From: Planctomycetota bacterium
GTDB taxonomy: Bacteria; Planctomycetota; Phycisphaerae; UBA1845
Direction of reading: 5' to 3'
NCBI GenBank assembly: GCA_022562105.1
Contig: JADFPW010000010.1
Coordinates: forward strand, 710 to 24,709
DNA length: 24,000 nucleotides
Both the position numbers and the translations under genes were made by a program. Under the pieces are notes generated by a model. That model searched no databases. It saw only the letters and a list, made by a program, of their open reading frames with translations, and had not been told where the DNA came from. Shown in pieces: positions 13,720-22,879 of the stretch. Numbering within the stretch: the first letter of the stretch is position 1; every line of letters starts with the position of its first letter.

Positions 13720-15096
13720 ATGACCTTCCACCTCGCCCTCAGGCGCGCCCGTCCGCCTGGCTGGAATGCGATACTGCTCGCCGTGTTCATGGCCGCCGTG
13801 GTCGTCCGAGCCGCTTGGCTGATTCGTCAGACCTGGCAAACCGGCGACCTGTCATCATTGACCTTCGACGACGAGCGCTGGTACTGGCGAATGGCGGAGT
13901 CGCTCCACCGGGGCGACGGTTTGGTGGGAGAGTTCGGCCACCGTGCGGCCCGCATGCCGTTGTACCCAGCCGCTCTGTCGCTGGTCGCGGGCTCTGCCCA
14001 CGGAATCGCGTGGGTCAAGATCGGCCAGGTCTTCGTGGGGGCGCTAGCCGCCGTCTTCGCCGCTGTGCTCGCTCGAGACGTTGCTCATTCCACGATCGCC
14101 CCTGACCACGCCATCGATGCCGATGGTCCCGCACGTGCGACAAATATGACGTTAGTGGCAGGGTTGGCCGCCGGAATGTTGGTCGCGTTGGATCCGTTGC
14201 TCGTTGGAGTCACGTCGCTGTTGCTCACCGAAACGCTGCTCATCGCCGAACTCAGCGCGATTTGGTACGTGGGTTGGCAAATCACCGGTTTCAGCCAACC
14301 GCGCGCCGCTGCCACCCATCGGGAGCAACCGGCGACGACGGCAGGCCGACACTCATCTAATGTCCACTGGATGGCGATCACGGCGCTGACCGTGGCGACC
14401 GTGTACACCCGCCCCTCGTCGCTTGCCCCGCTGGTCGGCTTGTTCGTCTTCCTACTGATCCATCGCCGGTTCGAGCTCTCCGTTGCGGTACGGACGCTAG
14501 GCGTCGTCCTGGTGTTGATCCTGAGCCTGACGCCCTGGGCGTGGCGCAATCAACGCCTCACGGGTGATCGGTGCTGGCTGACCCATCGGGCGGGGATCTC
14601 GCTATACGACGGCGTCGGTCCGCACGCCACCGGGGCCAGTGATTTAGCGGACATCAAGAATGCTCCAGCCGTCCGCGGATTGGGCGAAGCCGAGTGGAAC
14701 GCGTACTTTCGCGACCAAGCCTACCGATCCATCCGCGAGGATCCAGCCCGCATCATCGGCTTGGCGTGGATCAAGATGCAACGCATGTGGAGTCCATTCC
14801 TCCACACAAATGAATACCAGGCATCCGTTGTACGCATCGTGGTGGCCGGTTGGACATTGCTCTTGTATGCCTTCGCCCTGCTCGGGGCATGGGCGATGCG
14901 TCACCGTTGGAGTGCCGTTGCGTTTCTGCTGATGCCCGCGATCTGTTTGTCTGCCCTGCACAGCGTATTCGTCGGCAGCGTACGCTATCGTTTGGGAGCC
15001 CTGCCCATGCTCGCCGTCCTGGCCGCCATCGGACTGGCGACGCTGTGGCAGCGGCGGACTACGCCGAGTCGCCCATCCGCCGAGCAATCGACCTGA
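13720..15096 (+). CDS. GT-C fold membrane glycosyltransferase (GT39/ArnT/PMT-like)
   Basis: The protein is polytopic, with a first-loop acidic motif 'FDDERWYWRMAESLHRGDGL' and 'RMPLYPAALSL', typical of ArnT/PMT_2-type enzymes. The ATG at 13720 is 1 nt after the tilS TGA (13716-13718), suggesting coupled translation. Confidence 0.7.
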   Translation: MTFHLALRRARPPGWNAILLAVFMAAVVVRAAWLIRQTWQTGDLSSLTFDDERWYWRMAESLHRGDGLVGEFGHRAARMPLYPAALSLVAGSAHGIAWVKIGQVFVGALAAVFAAVLARDVAHSTIAPDHAIDADGPARATNMTLVAGLAAGMLVALDPLLVGVTSLLLTETLLIAELSAIWYVGWQITGFSQPRAAATHREQPATTAGRHSSNVHWMAITALTVATVYTRPSSLAPLVGLFVFLLIHRRFELSVAVRTLGVVLVLILSLTPWAWRNQRLTGDRCWLTHRAGISLYDGVGPHATGASDLADIKNAPAVRGLGEAEWNAYFRDQAYRSIREDPARIIGLAWIKMQRMWSPFLHTNEYQASVVRIVVAGWTLLLYAFALLGAWAMRHRWSAVAFLLMPAICLSALHSVFVGSVRYRLGALPMLAVLAAIGLATLWQRRTTPSRPSAEQST

Positions 15097-15217
15097 AACA
15101 CGGTAACATCCCCGCATGGAATGCTCATCCCGGGTAGGATAGTGATGCGCCGGCCGGCCACGCCACAAGGCAGGAGGGGGTACCGGGGTCAACCGAGCCG
15201 AGTTTACGAGCTGCTAG

Positions 15218-16804
15218 ATGCTCTTTGAGAAAACGTCATGCCGGCACATCGCAGCCACAGAGAGCCCTCGTTGTCATTTGGCATCGAGAGCCTTGGGGCT
15301 CATGGTAGTTTTGATCGCGGGATGCGAGAAAGGCAATTCCCGCACCGACGGTGACGCGCCGATCCGGGACGCTCGGAACAAGCCCAACATCGTCCTGCTG
15401 ATGATCGACACGCTCCGCGCCGACCAGATCGGAGCCTACGGGCATCCCGGAAAACTCACGCCGACGATTGATGCGATCGCTTCGGAGGGTGTGGTTTATG
15501 AGCAATGCGTCGCAGCCTCGCCGTGGACGCTTCCTTCGATCAGCTCGATGTTCTGTTCCTACTATCCAGCCGTGCATAAGGCAACGAGTATTCGCGTCAT
15601 GGAGGACATGAAACAAGGGCGAACCAAGAAAGTGCCCGTCTTCGATAAGGAAAACCAGTTCGCCACTATCCCCGAGTTGCTCCACGAAATCGGCTACGCC
15701 ACCGCCGGAATCAGCGCCAACCCTTTCATCCAACAAGAGTATGGATTTGGAGCGGGATTCGATTTTTGGGACGGGAGCTTCGCAGAGAACACCGTCCCCG
15801 GCCGGAGGGTGAATGAAGCGGCGATTCGCTGGCTGGAGGGGCGCCAAGATCAAGACCGGCCGTTTTTTCTATACCTGCACTACATGGATGTTCATGGCCC
15901 GTACGATGCTGAGCCGAGGTTCCTGGACCCGTTGGTCGAGATGCTCCAACGCAAGCCCGGCCCGAAACTCACTCAGGCAGAATTCAACCGCCTCAACGGG
16001 TACATACGAAAACCACCCAAGAACGACTCTCATCCCGAGCTGTACGAATCGCTTCGGATGTATCGATGGTATTGGAAGATTCGCTACGGGGCGGGCGTAC
16101 GTGAAATGGATCACTATCTTGGTGAGCTGGTTGCCTACTTCGAGCGCCGCGGGCTGTGGGACGAGATCTATGTAATCTTGACTGCGGATCACGGCGAAGC
16201 GTTCTGCGAACACGGCCACTGGGGACACGGTTTCAGTCAGTTTCAAACCGACTTGCACGTGCCGCTCGTATTGCGCTGGCCGGGCGTGTTGCCGGCGGGC
16301 ATGCGCGTGCCCCATCGCGCCCGTCTCATAGATCTGTTTCCCACACTGGTGGATCAGTTGGGTCATTCAGCGATTCCCGGCCTGCAAGGCGAGACGCTGA
16401 TGCCGCTGATACTCGATCAGCCCCGATCCGGTGACCGTCGCTCATTTGCCGAAGCGTACAAAGGAGCGACCGCCGCCGGGTATGACCAAAAGGCGATCTT
16501 CGACGGACCGTGGAAGTTGATCCGGGCTACCCGCCCACCGCGCGATGGGGCGACGCACCCGCCCGAGCCGGCGATAGCCCTGTTCCACCTGGGGAACGAC
16601 CCCGGCGAGCACGACAATCGGGCGGACGCCGAGCCCGAAGTGGTCGCCAAGCTAGTGGCCCTGCTCAAGCAGCAAATCGCGGAGAACATGGCCATCAAAC
16701 CAGGCGTGATCTCGCACGAACGCTTGGTTCCGGATTCGACGTCGCGAAGACTCGAGTCGCTGGGGTACGTAGGCGAGCAGGACGCCACTAGCCCCGACGA
16801 GTAG
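15218..16804 (+). CDS. sulfatase-like hydrolase/transferase (alkaline-phosphatase superfamily), probable lipoprotein
   Basis: Family motifs present: 'NIVLLMIDTLRADQIGAYGH', 'YLHYMDVHGPY', 'ILTADHGEAFCEHGHWGHG' and 'HVPLVLRWPG'. The nucleophile region reads 'ASPWTLPSISSMF' rather than the canonical C/S-x-P-x-R. There is a lipobox-like 'LIAGC' near the N-terminus. Confidence 0.8.
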   Translation: MLFEKTSCRHIAATESPRCHLASRALGLMVVLIAGCEKGNSRTDGDAPIRDARNKPNIVLLMIDTLRADQIGAYGHPGKLTPTIDAIASEGVVYEQCVAASPWTLPSISSMFCSYYPAVHKATSIRVMEDMKQGRTKKVPVFDKENQFATIPELLHEIGYATAGISANPFIQQEYGFGAGFDFWDGSFAENTVPGRRVNEAAIRWLEGRQDQDRPFFLYLHYMDVHGPYDAEPRFLDPLVEMLQRKPGPKLTQAEFNRLNGYIRKPPKNDSHPELYESLRMYRWYWKIRYGAGVREMDHYLGELVAYFERRGLWDEIYVILTADHGEAFCEHGHWGHGFSQFQTDLHVPLVLRWPGVLPAGMRVPHRARLIDLFPTLVDQLGHSAIPGLQGETLMPLILDQPRSGDRRSFAEAYKGATAAGYDQKAIFDGPWKLIRATRPPRDGATHPPEPAIALFHLGNDPGEHDNRADAEPEVVAKLVALLKQQIAENMAIKPGVISHERLVPDSTSRRLESLGYVGEQDATSPDE

Positions 16805-16941
16805 TGAAGGTAGCCGCCTCGAAGATCCGCAGACCACCTATCGGTGGCGGATACTGGTTCCACCGCCCGCGCCGCAGTCTTAGAATGACTCCGCATCAGT
16901 CATTCGTGGATGTAAACAGTGTTTGCAAGCAGGTAGGGAAG

Positions 16942-18672
16942 ATGCCCCGCATGGCCAATCCGTCCGGTCTCAGACGCCGAGCCGCTACTTGCCACGAGCC
17001 AAGACTTGGCCGGCATGCCCCGTGCAATTTGCCGACGAGGGCGCGTTCGAGGGTCTCGGAAAGGCAATTCACTCGATTCTACCACAAGATCCGAAACAGC
17101 CTACGGAACATCCGCTACGGATCCTTGATACTCCTGATCGCCTGCATCGCCGTGGCCTGTCGCCCAAGTACGGATCCGATCCCTCCGTCGGACCATCCAC
17201 CCCAACTGCCGTCGCTGCCGACGTTCGACGCCGGCTCCCTCGAACCGACCGTACGGCGCCAAGTGACCGAAGCGCGACAACGCGCCGAGTCCAACCCGCA
17301 GGACACCGAGGCAAACGGGCACCTGGGCATGGTCTTTCACGCCTACGACTTCTACACCCAAGCCGAGCCGTGCTACCGCCGAGCCGCCATGCTCGCCCCG
17401 AACGAAACCAAATGGCAATTCTACCTCGGGCTGATTCACGTCGCCAATGGGAATCCGGACGAGGCCGTCACCGCGTTCGATCGCGTGCTGGTCCGGTATC
17501 CCGACGACCTGCCCACCCTACTCGAAAGGGCGTCGGCCAACCTGACGCGAGGCGAAACCAACGACGCCCTCGCAGGCTTTGAGCGGGTGATCGATTTGAA
17601 TCCCGATGCCGCAGCGGCCTACTGCGGGGCGGGGCAGATCATGCTCAAACGCGGATCCCTCATCGAAGCTATCGCACGTCTCGACCACGCGATTCGCCTG
17701 GCTCCTGAGTACGGAAAAGCCCACTATGTGCTGGGACAAGCCCTGCGAAAGAGTGGACGCCTCGATAAGGCCGCCGGTCAACTTCGCCTGGCTGAAGAAC
17801 ACAAGGACCATCTGCCTCCGCTCCACGACCCGCTCCGCGCCGCCATGGAATCCCTGGCCACCGGGGGGATTGACACCATGCACCGAGCGACCGACTTGGC
17901 CAACGAAGGCAGATACGAAGAGGCCGTTTCGCTTTTTGAGGAATCGCTGCGTATCCGCCCCGATCTGGCCGAAACCCATGCCAGCCTGGGGGCCACGTTG
18001 GTGAAGCTGGGTGACCCCGTCGAGGCCGAGGTGCATCTCCGCCAAGCCCTGCAGTTGGAGCCGAACAACGTCAAGGCGCGATTCAACCTGGGTGTGCTAG
18101 CCCATCGTCATGGCGACTTCGCCGGGGCGGTCGAACTCTTCGAAGCCAACCTCCGGATTCGTGCGGATCACTTCGACTCTCACTACGGACTCGGAACCGA
18201 CCTGGTGGAAATCGGACGACCGCAGGACGCCGTCCGGCATCTCCGCCGGGCGATCGCCCTCCGGCCGGACGACGCACGGACCTACAAGAAGCTGGCTCGA
18301 GTGCTGGCCGATGACGCGGCGTTTGAGGAGGCCATCACCGTGCTGCGAGGCGCGGTTGAGCGCCTCCCCGGCGATGCCTCACTAGCCGACCGCCTCGCGT
18401 GGCACCTGGCGACTTGCCCCGATGAAACGATTCGTCAGGCCGACGAGGCCCTGGCAATCGCTCGCCAGGTGTGCGAGCAGACGTCGTACCGAGTGCCGCG
18501 AGCCCTGGATACGCTTGCGGTGTGCTTGGCCGCCCTCGGACGGCATAACGAAGCCATCGGAGTGGCAGAACAGGCCCGGCTAGCCGCCGTAGCGAAGGGT
18601 GATCCAGACCTGGTGAGCCAGATCGATGCACATCTGTCACGTTTCCGGGCGCGAGAGCCATACCAGGAATAA
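16942..18672 (+). CDS. tetratricopeptide (TPR) repeat protein, probably membrane- or lipid-anchored
   Basis: About 10 TPR-like 34-aa units are visible, for example 'EANGHLGMVFHAYDFYTQAEPCYRRAAMLAPN', 'KAHYVLGQALRKSGRLDKAAGQLRLA' and 'ETHASLGATLVKLGDPVEAEVHLRQALQLEPN'. A hydrophobic segment 'LILLIACIAVAC' precedes them. The start is uncertain: candidates are GTG 16804, ATG 16885, ATG 16942 and ATG 16951. Confidence 0.78.
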   Translation: MPRMANPSGLRRRAATCHEPRLGRHAPCNLPTRARSRVSERQFTRFYHKIRNSLRNIRYGSLILLIACIAVACRPSTDPIPPSDHPPQLPSLPTFDAGSLEPTVRRQVTEARQRAESNPQDTEANGHLGMVFHAYDFYTQAEPCYRRAAMLAPNETKWQFYLGLIHVANGNPDEAVTAFDRVLVRYPDDLPTLLERASANLTRGETNDALAGFERVIDLNPDAAAAYCGAGQIMLKRGSLIEAIARLDHAIRLAPEYGKAHYVLGQALRKSGRLDKAAGQLRLAEEHKDHLPPLHDPLRAAMESLATGGIDTMHRATDLANEGRYEEAVSLFEESLRIRPDLAETHASLGATLVKLGDPVEAEVHLRQALQLEPNNVKARFNLGVLAHRHGDFAGAVELFEANLRIRADHFDSHYGLGTDLVEIGRPQDAVRHLRRAIALRPDDARTYKKLARVLADDAAFEEAITVLRGAVERLPGDASLADRLAWHLATCPDETIRQADEALAIARQVCEQTSYRVPRALDTLAVCLAALGRHNEAIGVAEQARLAAVAKGDPDLVSQIDAHLSRFRAREPYQE

Positions 18673-19129
18673 TCGCCCACATGATCGGTCCTTCCCCGCG
18701 GGTCCACGATCCTCAGGCGTCAGCCGATCCGATCGAGTCCTGGCTCAGAGAACCTCCAACGCCCAGTAAACTCCGAACTCGGCCGGGCCCCAATCCATTC
18801 ACACACCACTTTTTCCAGCCTCAGTGTCAGGCGAAGCGGCCACGCCACCACGGGTATTACCCACGGGGATTGGACGGAATGCAATGTTGCGACGGGAAGG
18901 CCTAGCGGCTAGAATGGTGAACGGTAGGTTCCGGGCTCGGGCTGGACGCGACGTCCCGGATCGCTTTTGCGTGGCACGACCCCAACGGGTCGAGCCTCAA
19001 CAGGGTCTTGTGGAAGGTTCGAGAAACGGAGTGTGAGTAGCACGCCAGGCTCTTTCGGGTGGACTGTCTGCGCTGTGTGCGCAGCGTGGCTCCCCCGCAA
19101 AGGCCCGGAGGAGAATCAGGAGAACGTTC

Positions 19130-20962
19130 ATGTTTAAGTCGATCTCAATGTTGGTAGTAGTGTCTGCGGTGGTTTTTTGTCTGGCCTCATCGGGCCAAGC
19201 GCGCCTGCCGGGAACCTTGAACTTCGAGAACATTACCGACACCAATGTGGTGCAGACAGTGCCGGAAGCGGGTTCCGGCCAGGAAAAGGAAGTCGAATTC
19301 GGTGACTTCGACAACGACGGCGATCTGGACGTGGTGATCGGGAATGCCTTCAGTGACTTCGGCACGCGCAAGAACAAGCTGTATCGCAACGACGACGGCG
19401 TGATGCTGGAAATCAGCGCCACGGGGGCCATCCCGGGGTTCACCAGCGATGACGTCACCAGAAACGCGTTCTTCCGTGACTACAACCAGGACGGCTGGCT
19501 GGACATCATCATTATCAACGACAACAACACCGGGGGCGATGCCGGCCGGACCAAAGTCTACATCAACAAGCAAGTGGCCGGCGTGTTCTCCTTCTTCAAG
19601 GAGGAGGGCAATGACCGACTCGGGCCCGGCACCGGTGGTGCCGCCTGTAGTGGTGTCTCCTTCGACATCGATGGTGTAAACGGTCCGGACCTCTACGTGG
19701 GTAACTACCCGGGTCCCTCCCAGGACACCATGTACTTCAACGACGGCAACGGCTTCTTCACCGAAGTGACCAGCACCCACGTACCCGCGGATGGCGACTA
19801 CACGGTCGACGTGGCCGCTGCCGACATGAACGGTGACGGGCAAATGGACCTGTTGATCTCCAACTGGAGCCCGAACTACGTTTACTACAACGACAACGAG
19901 GGCGCCGGTAGCGGGCTGGGCGACTTCAGGTACAGCTCGAGCGGTGACATTGACAACCTGGGCACCGCCGGCCAGACCGAGAACGCCATGGAGCCGGCCG
20001 ACTTCGACGGGGACGGGCTGGTCGACATCTACTGGAGCAACCGTACCAGCATTACCGACAAGATCCTTCAGAACATGGGCAACGACGCCAACAACATGGC
20101 CACCTACAGCGAAGTATTCTTGCCCGACCACGTCAGCGACTTCAAGAGCGTCAAGGCGACGGTCGTGGATTTGAACCACGACGGGAAGATCGACGTGTTC
20201 GTGATGGGCGACAACACCCGCCCGAGCGTCCTGCGGAACATCTCCTGGGACGGCAACATTGAGTTCGTCGACTGGACGCCGGCCCCGGCGTTCCCCAATG
20301 GCTCGTCGCTCCGCGGATGGCATGCGGCCGCCTTCCGCATCGATGATGATGAGTGGGAAGACATCTTCCTCGGCGGGTGGAACGACGACCACATGTTCCG
20401 CAACGTCGATTCCAGCGAGTTTGACGAGACCGATCTGGCGGTGGTGGACGGGAAGATTCAGCTTCCCGCCGTATACAACCTGGATCCGGTAGCCGTCAGC
20501 GGCACCGCCGCCGTGGGCGAGCCGGATACGTATGAGCTGTCCGGGCTCGGGTCGGGCTTCATCTCCGCCGTGCTCAACGGGGCGGATAATCTCCAGTTGG
20601 AAGTCTATCACACCGACGGCAGCCTGATCCTGAAAGTTGATCACGGAACGTTCGGTATCGAGGAAGCGAGCCAGTTCGATAGCGACGGGGTCGGAACCAT
20701 CCGCGTCGTCGTCCTCGAGTCAGCCGGCGGCACCTGCGAGGGCGATGCCAACGGCGATGGAGTCGTGGACCCGTTGGACAGCGGATTTGTGCTCGCTCGA
20801 TTTGGCTGCCCGGTCGGTACAGGCGATGAGAGCTGCGACGCCGCCGACCAGAACGGCGACGGGGCCGTGGATCCGCTGGACGTCGGTTTCGTCCTGGCCC
20901 GTTTCGGACCCTGCGAAGGTGGCCTGGGAAGCTACATCCTGGAGATCCTGGCCCGCGATTAG
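19130..20962 (+). CDS. secreted FG-GAP/VCBS-repeat beta-propeller protein with two C-terminal Cys-bracketed dockerin-like (EF-hand-like) modules
   Basis: SD aggaga/ggagga precedes the ATG at 19130, and the signal peptide is 'MFKSISMLVVVSAVVFCLASSGQA'. FG-GAP Ca-binding loops include 'FGDFDNDGDLDVVIGN', 'FRDYNQDGWLDIIIIN', 'AADMNGDGQMDLLISN', 'PADFDGDGLVDIYWSN' and 'VVDLNHDGKIDVFVMG'. The C-terminus reads 'CEGDANGDGVVDPLDSGFVLARFGC' plus 'CDAADQNGDGAVDPLDVGFVLARFGPC'. Confidence 0.85.
   Translation: MFKSISMLVVVSAVVFCLASSGQARLPGTLNFENITDTNVVQTVPEAGSGQEKEVEFGDFDNDGDLDVVIGNAFSDFGTRKNKLYRNDDGVMLEISATGAIPGFTSDDVTRNAFFRDYNQDGWLDIIIINDNNTGGDAGRTKVYINKQVAGVFSFFKEEGNDRLGPGTGGAACSGVSFDIDGVNGPDLYVGNYPGPSQDTMYFNDGNGFFTEVTSTHVPADGDYTVDVAAADMNGDGQMDLLISNWSPNYVYYNDNEGAGSGLGDFRYSSSGDIDNLGTAGQTENAMEPADFDGDGLVDIYWSNRTSITDKILQNMGNDANNMATYSEVFLPDHVSDFKSVKATVVDLNHDGKIDVFVMGDNTRPSVLRNISWDGNIEFVDWTPAPAFPNGSSLRGWHAAAFRIDDDEWEDIFLGGWNDDHMFRNVDSSEFDETDLAVVDGKIQLPAVYNLDPVAVSGTAAVGEPDTYELSGLGSGFISAVLNGADNLQLEVYHTDGSLILKVDHGTFGIEEASQFDSDGVGTIRVVVLESAGGTCEGDANGDGVVDPLDSGFVLARFGCPVGTGDESCDAADQNGDGAVDPLDVGFVLARFGPCEGGLGSYILEILARD
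20744..20914 (+). repeat. two copies of a 69-nt (23-aa) dockerin-like coding module inside the FG-GAP gene
   Basis: Copy 1 at 20744-20812 encodes DANGDGVVDPLDSGFVLARFGCP. Copy 2 at 20846-20914 encodes DQNGDGAVDPLDVGFVLARFGPC. Both are in frame with the 19130 start. Confidence 0.85.
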
Positions 20963-21375
20963 CCTTCAGGAGACCGACGCCAACCGAGATGAAGTGACGT
21001 GATCATGCACGTGTGCTGACTCGGCGGCCGGATGCCCAGGCCCGCTTGGAAACCTTGTCCGGGGCGGCAGAACATTCAGCCAGTGTTCTGTCGCCCTGTT
21101 TCCATACCAGGCCGGGGCAGGGATTCGGTGCTGACTGGGTTGGAGAGGACGTAACACTGTGTCTAGCTCGCGACCGGGCCTCCAGACTGGTGGGGTTGAT
21201 CCCACCGAAACGCTTGCCGGCCAGCGACGACTTCCCCACCGTAAAGGCAAGCGTCGGGGTTGGCTTGCCGACTTCAAACACAGATTCAATCTGCGTTGGG
21301 GATCCGGGCTGATCCCCGTGCGCACGGCGAGCCGCCAAGAACTCTCCGGGAGGGCCGGCACCTTCACCGAGGTGA

Positions 21376-21663
21376 CCTGAAGACAGCGGCACCTCCGCCT
21401 CGATCGGATGCAGGGGAATGACGGCGGGGAACAGCAACCACCTTCTGGCCGGCGAAGGATTCAAGTCCTCGTCGTCATACGTCGAACATGTCGGCCTAGG
21501 CGATGCCCTCCAGGCCGACCTGGTCACAGTCACCTGGCCTGCCGGAGGTCACTTCACCTACGTCGCCGCCATCCAGGCCAACGAGACCCTGCGCGATAGG
21601 CTGGCGAATCGGTGCTCGTATCACTTCGGTGCAGGTGGGGCGTCGACTAGTCGGGATCGTTGA
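21376..21663 (+). pseudogene. relic of a UnbV/ASPIC C-terminal domain (CRTAC1-family FG-GAP protein fragment)
   Basis: The frame-1 translation 'TAGNSNHLLAGEGFKSSSSYVEHVGLGDALQADLVTVTWPAGGHFTYVAAIQANETLRD' resembles the UnbV_ASPIC end motif (G.G(Y/F).S.S....HFGLG.....D.V.V.WP.G......V..N..L). The frame is closed by TGA at 21373-21375 just upstream. No N-terminal part or credible start is present. Confidence 0.4.
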
Positions 21664-21751
21664 CCGTCTTGCCGCCGGAAACTAGACTCGAATGCAGTGC
21701 TTTGCCGCCGAGGCGACTCGGCGGGGCGGGCGCGTCTGGAGCTCACCGGGA

Positions 21752-22225
21752 ATGCCTGTTGACATCAAGCGAGTCCTGTTCCCAACGGACTTCTCGGATT
21801 TGTCGTTGCACGCCCTGAGCTATGCCCGGGAGCTGGTCTCACTATTTGACGCCCAGCTCTTCAGCATCCACGTGATTGACGAAGCGTACCAATACTGGTC
21901 GGCCATGGGACCGGAGAGCGTCCCCATCGGGCCGGGAGTCGAGGATCTGACGGCGATGGCCGAGGCGCAGATGCAGCGATTTGCGGACGAACATCTGGTG
22001 GGGTTGAGCTGCGCCCCGGTGACCCACATCACCACCGGTCGCCCGTTCGCCGAGATCATTCGCTACGCCCGCGAGAATACCATCGATCTGATCGTGTTGG
22101 CCACCCACGGGCGAGGCGGGCTGGCCCACGTGTTGTTGGGGAGCACCGCGGAGAGGATCGTGCGAAAGGCCCCGTGTCCCGTGCTGACCGTGCGCTCCGC
22201 CCAGCACGACTTTGTAATGCCCTGA
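21752..22225 (+). CDS. universal stress protein (UspA family)
   Basis: I chose the ATG at 21752 ('MPVDIKRVLFPTDFSDLSLHALSYARELV'). The C-terminal ATP-binding-type motif is 'LIVLATHGRGGLAHVLLGSTAERIVRKAPCPVLTVR'. Confidence 0.85.
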   Translation: MPVDIKRVLFPTDFSDLSLHALSYARELVSLFDAQLFSIHVIDEAYQYWSAMGPESVPIGPGVEDLTAMAEAQMQRFADEHLVGLSCAPVTHITTGRPFAEIIRYARENTIDLIVLATHGRGGLAHVLLGSTAERIVRKAPCPVLTVRSAQHDFVMP

Positions 22226-22256
22226 CCACCCGCGACCGGGATGGTGTGAGTGACCC

Positions 22257-22544
22257 ATGACTGTATATGACCGTGTGATGTACGAGATCTACCGCGAAGA
22301 AGGCTACGGACAAAAGGCCCGCGTGGTCTACTACACGTTGCTCGAAGAGCATCAACGCGATATCGAGATCACCCGGGCCATGGCCGGCGATCATATCTAC
22401 GACGGTTTCTTTCCCGCCCATCGCCAAGCCGAGGCCCAACAGGCCATTGACGCGGTCGTCGCCCGTCTTGACGCCGGCGAATCACTGACCGAACCACAGA
22501 TCGACGAGCTGCTAAGTCCCTACGCCCCACCCTCCGACGCCTAA
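22257..22544 (+). CDS. hypothetical small protein (95 aa), probably co-transcribed with the usp gene
   Basis: The ATG at 22257 is 31 nt after the usp stop. The composition is protein-like ('MTVYDRVMYEIYREEGYGQKARVVYYTLLEEHQRDIEITRAMAGDHIYDGFF...'). Two GC hairpins follow the stop at 22554-22570 and 22589-22603. No motif was recognised. Confidence 0.5.
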   Translation: MTVYDRVMYEIYREEGYGQKARVVYYTLLEEHQRDIEITRAMAGDHIYDGFFPAHRQAEAQQAIDAVVARLDAGESLTEPQIDELLSPYAPPSDA

Positions 22545-22879
22545 GCAACCCCGGGCAGCCATTCGCTGCCGGCTGAGGCGTTAGTCCTCCGCCCCGCGGG
22601 CGGGCACTAGGGAATTCATACCCAGATCCAGTTTTTTTTCGGAAAATGGTGCCCATGGGACAGTTGCTTGTGGTTATGATGGAGCCAGACGCCTCGGGGT
22701 CCATCGAGGCGCCATTTCACGCGAGGAGGCGAGGAGTCATGCATTCTACGTCGCCGAGTTGGCTACCTGTCGAGGTCCGCCGATAACGCCACATCAACGC
22801 GATCCATGTTCGTTACCGCCGGGGGGGTGGGATGAAATGGATTCGATAAGCGGGGGCCTAACGCAAGAGGAGGAAGATC

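Noticed and set aside
12948-13790. A 280-aa minus-strand ORF antisense to tilS. Similar long shadow ORFs occur at 9612..10604 (+), 7616..8353 (-), 15236..15853 (-), 15869..16366 (-), 17518..18045 (-), 122..841 (+) and 2851..3309 (-).
   Set aside because: In every case the opposite strand encodes a protein with clear family motifs or TM helices. The shadow translations are Arg/Pro/Gly-rich and featureless.
18920-19115. Sequence islands upstream of the FG-GAP gene resemble the guanidine-I (ykkC) riboswitch: 'gguagguuccgggc', 'ggaagguucgagaaac' and 'cgcaaaggcccggaggaga'. There is also a T-loop-like GGTTCGAG that might suggest a tRNA.
   Set aside because: The islands are spread over about 190 nt rather than about 100 nt. 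The P3-equivalent hairpin cannot form (ccccg...cccgg are not complementary). The last island is simply the SD region. The downstream gene is not a guanidine or nucleotide-metabolism gene. No acceptor, D or anticodon stems can be drawn around the GGTTCGAG.
19187-20644. A 485-aa ORF on the minus strand, antisense to the FG-GAP gene.
   Set aside because: The translation is Val/Gly/His/Asp-rich with no motifs. It mirrors the GAC/GGC-rich codons of the + strand gene, which has a signal peptide and five clear FG-GAP Ca loops. This is a typical high-GC antisense shadow ORF.
21003-21533. A 176-aa minus-strand ORF in the FG-GAP/usp gap.
   Set aside because: It has no start context, no motifs, and a mixed low-complexity composition. 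It overlaps the + strand ASPIC-like relic, which has a recognisable domain signature. I kept it as unresolved rather than calling a CDS.
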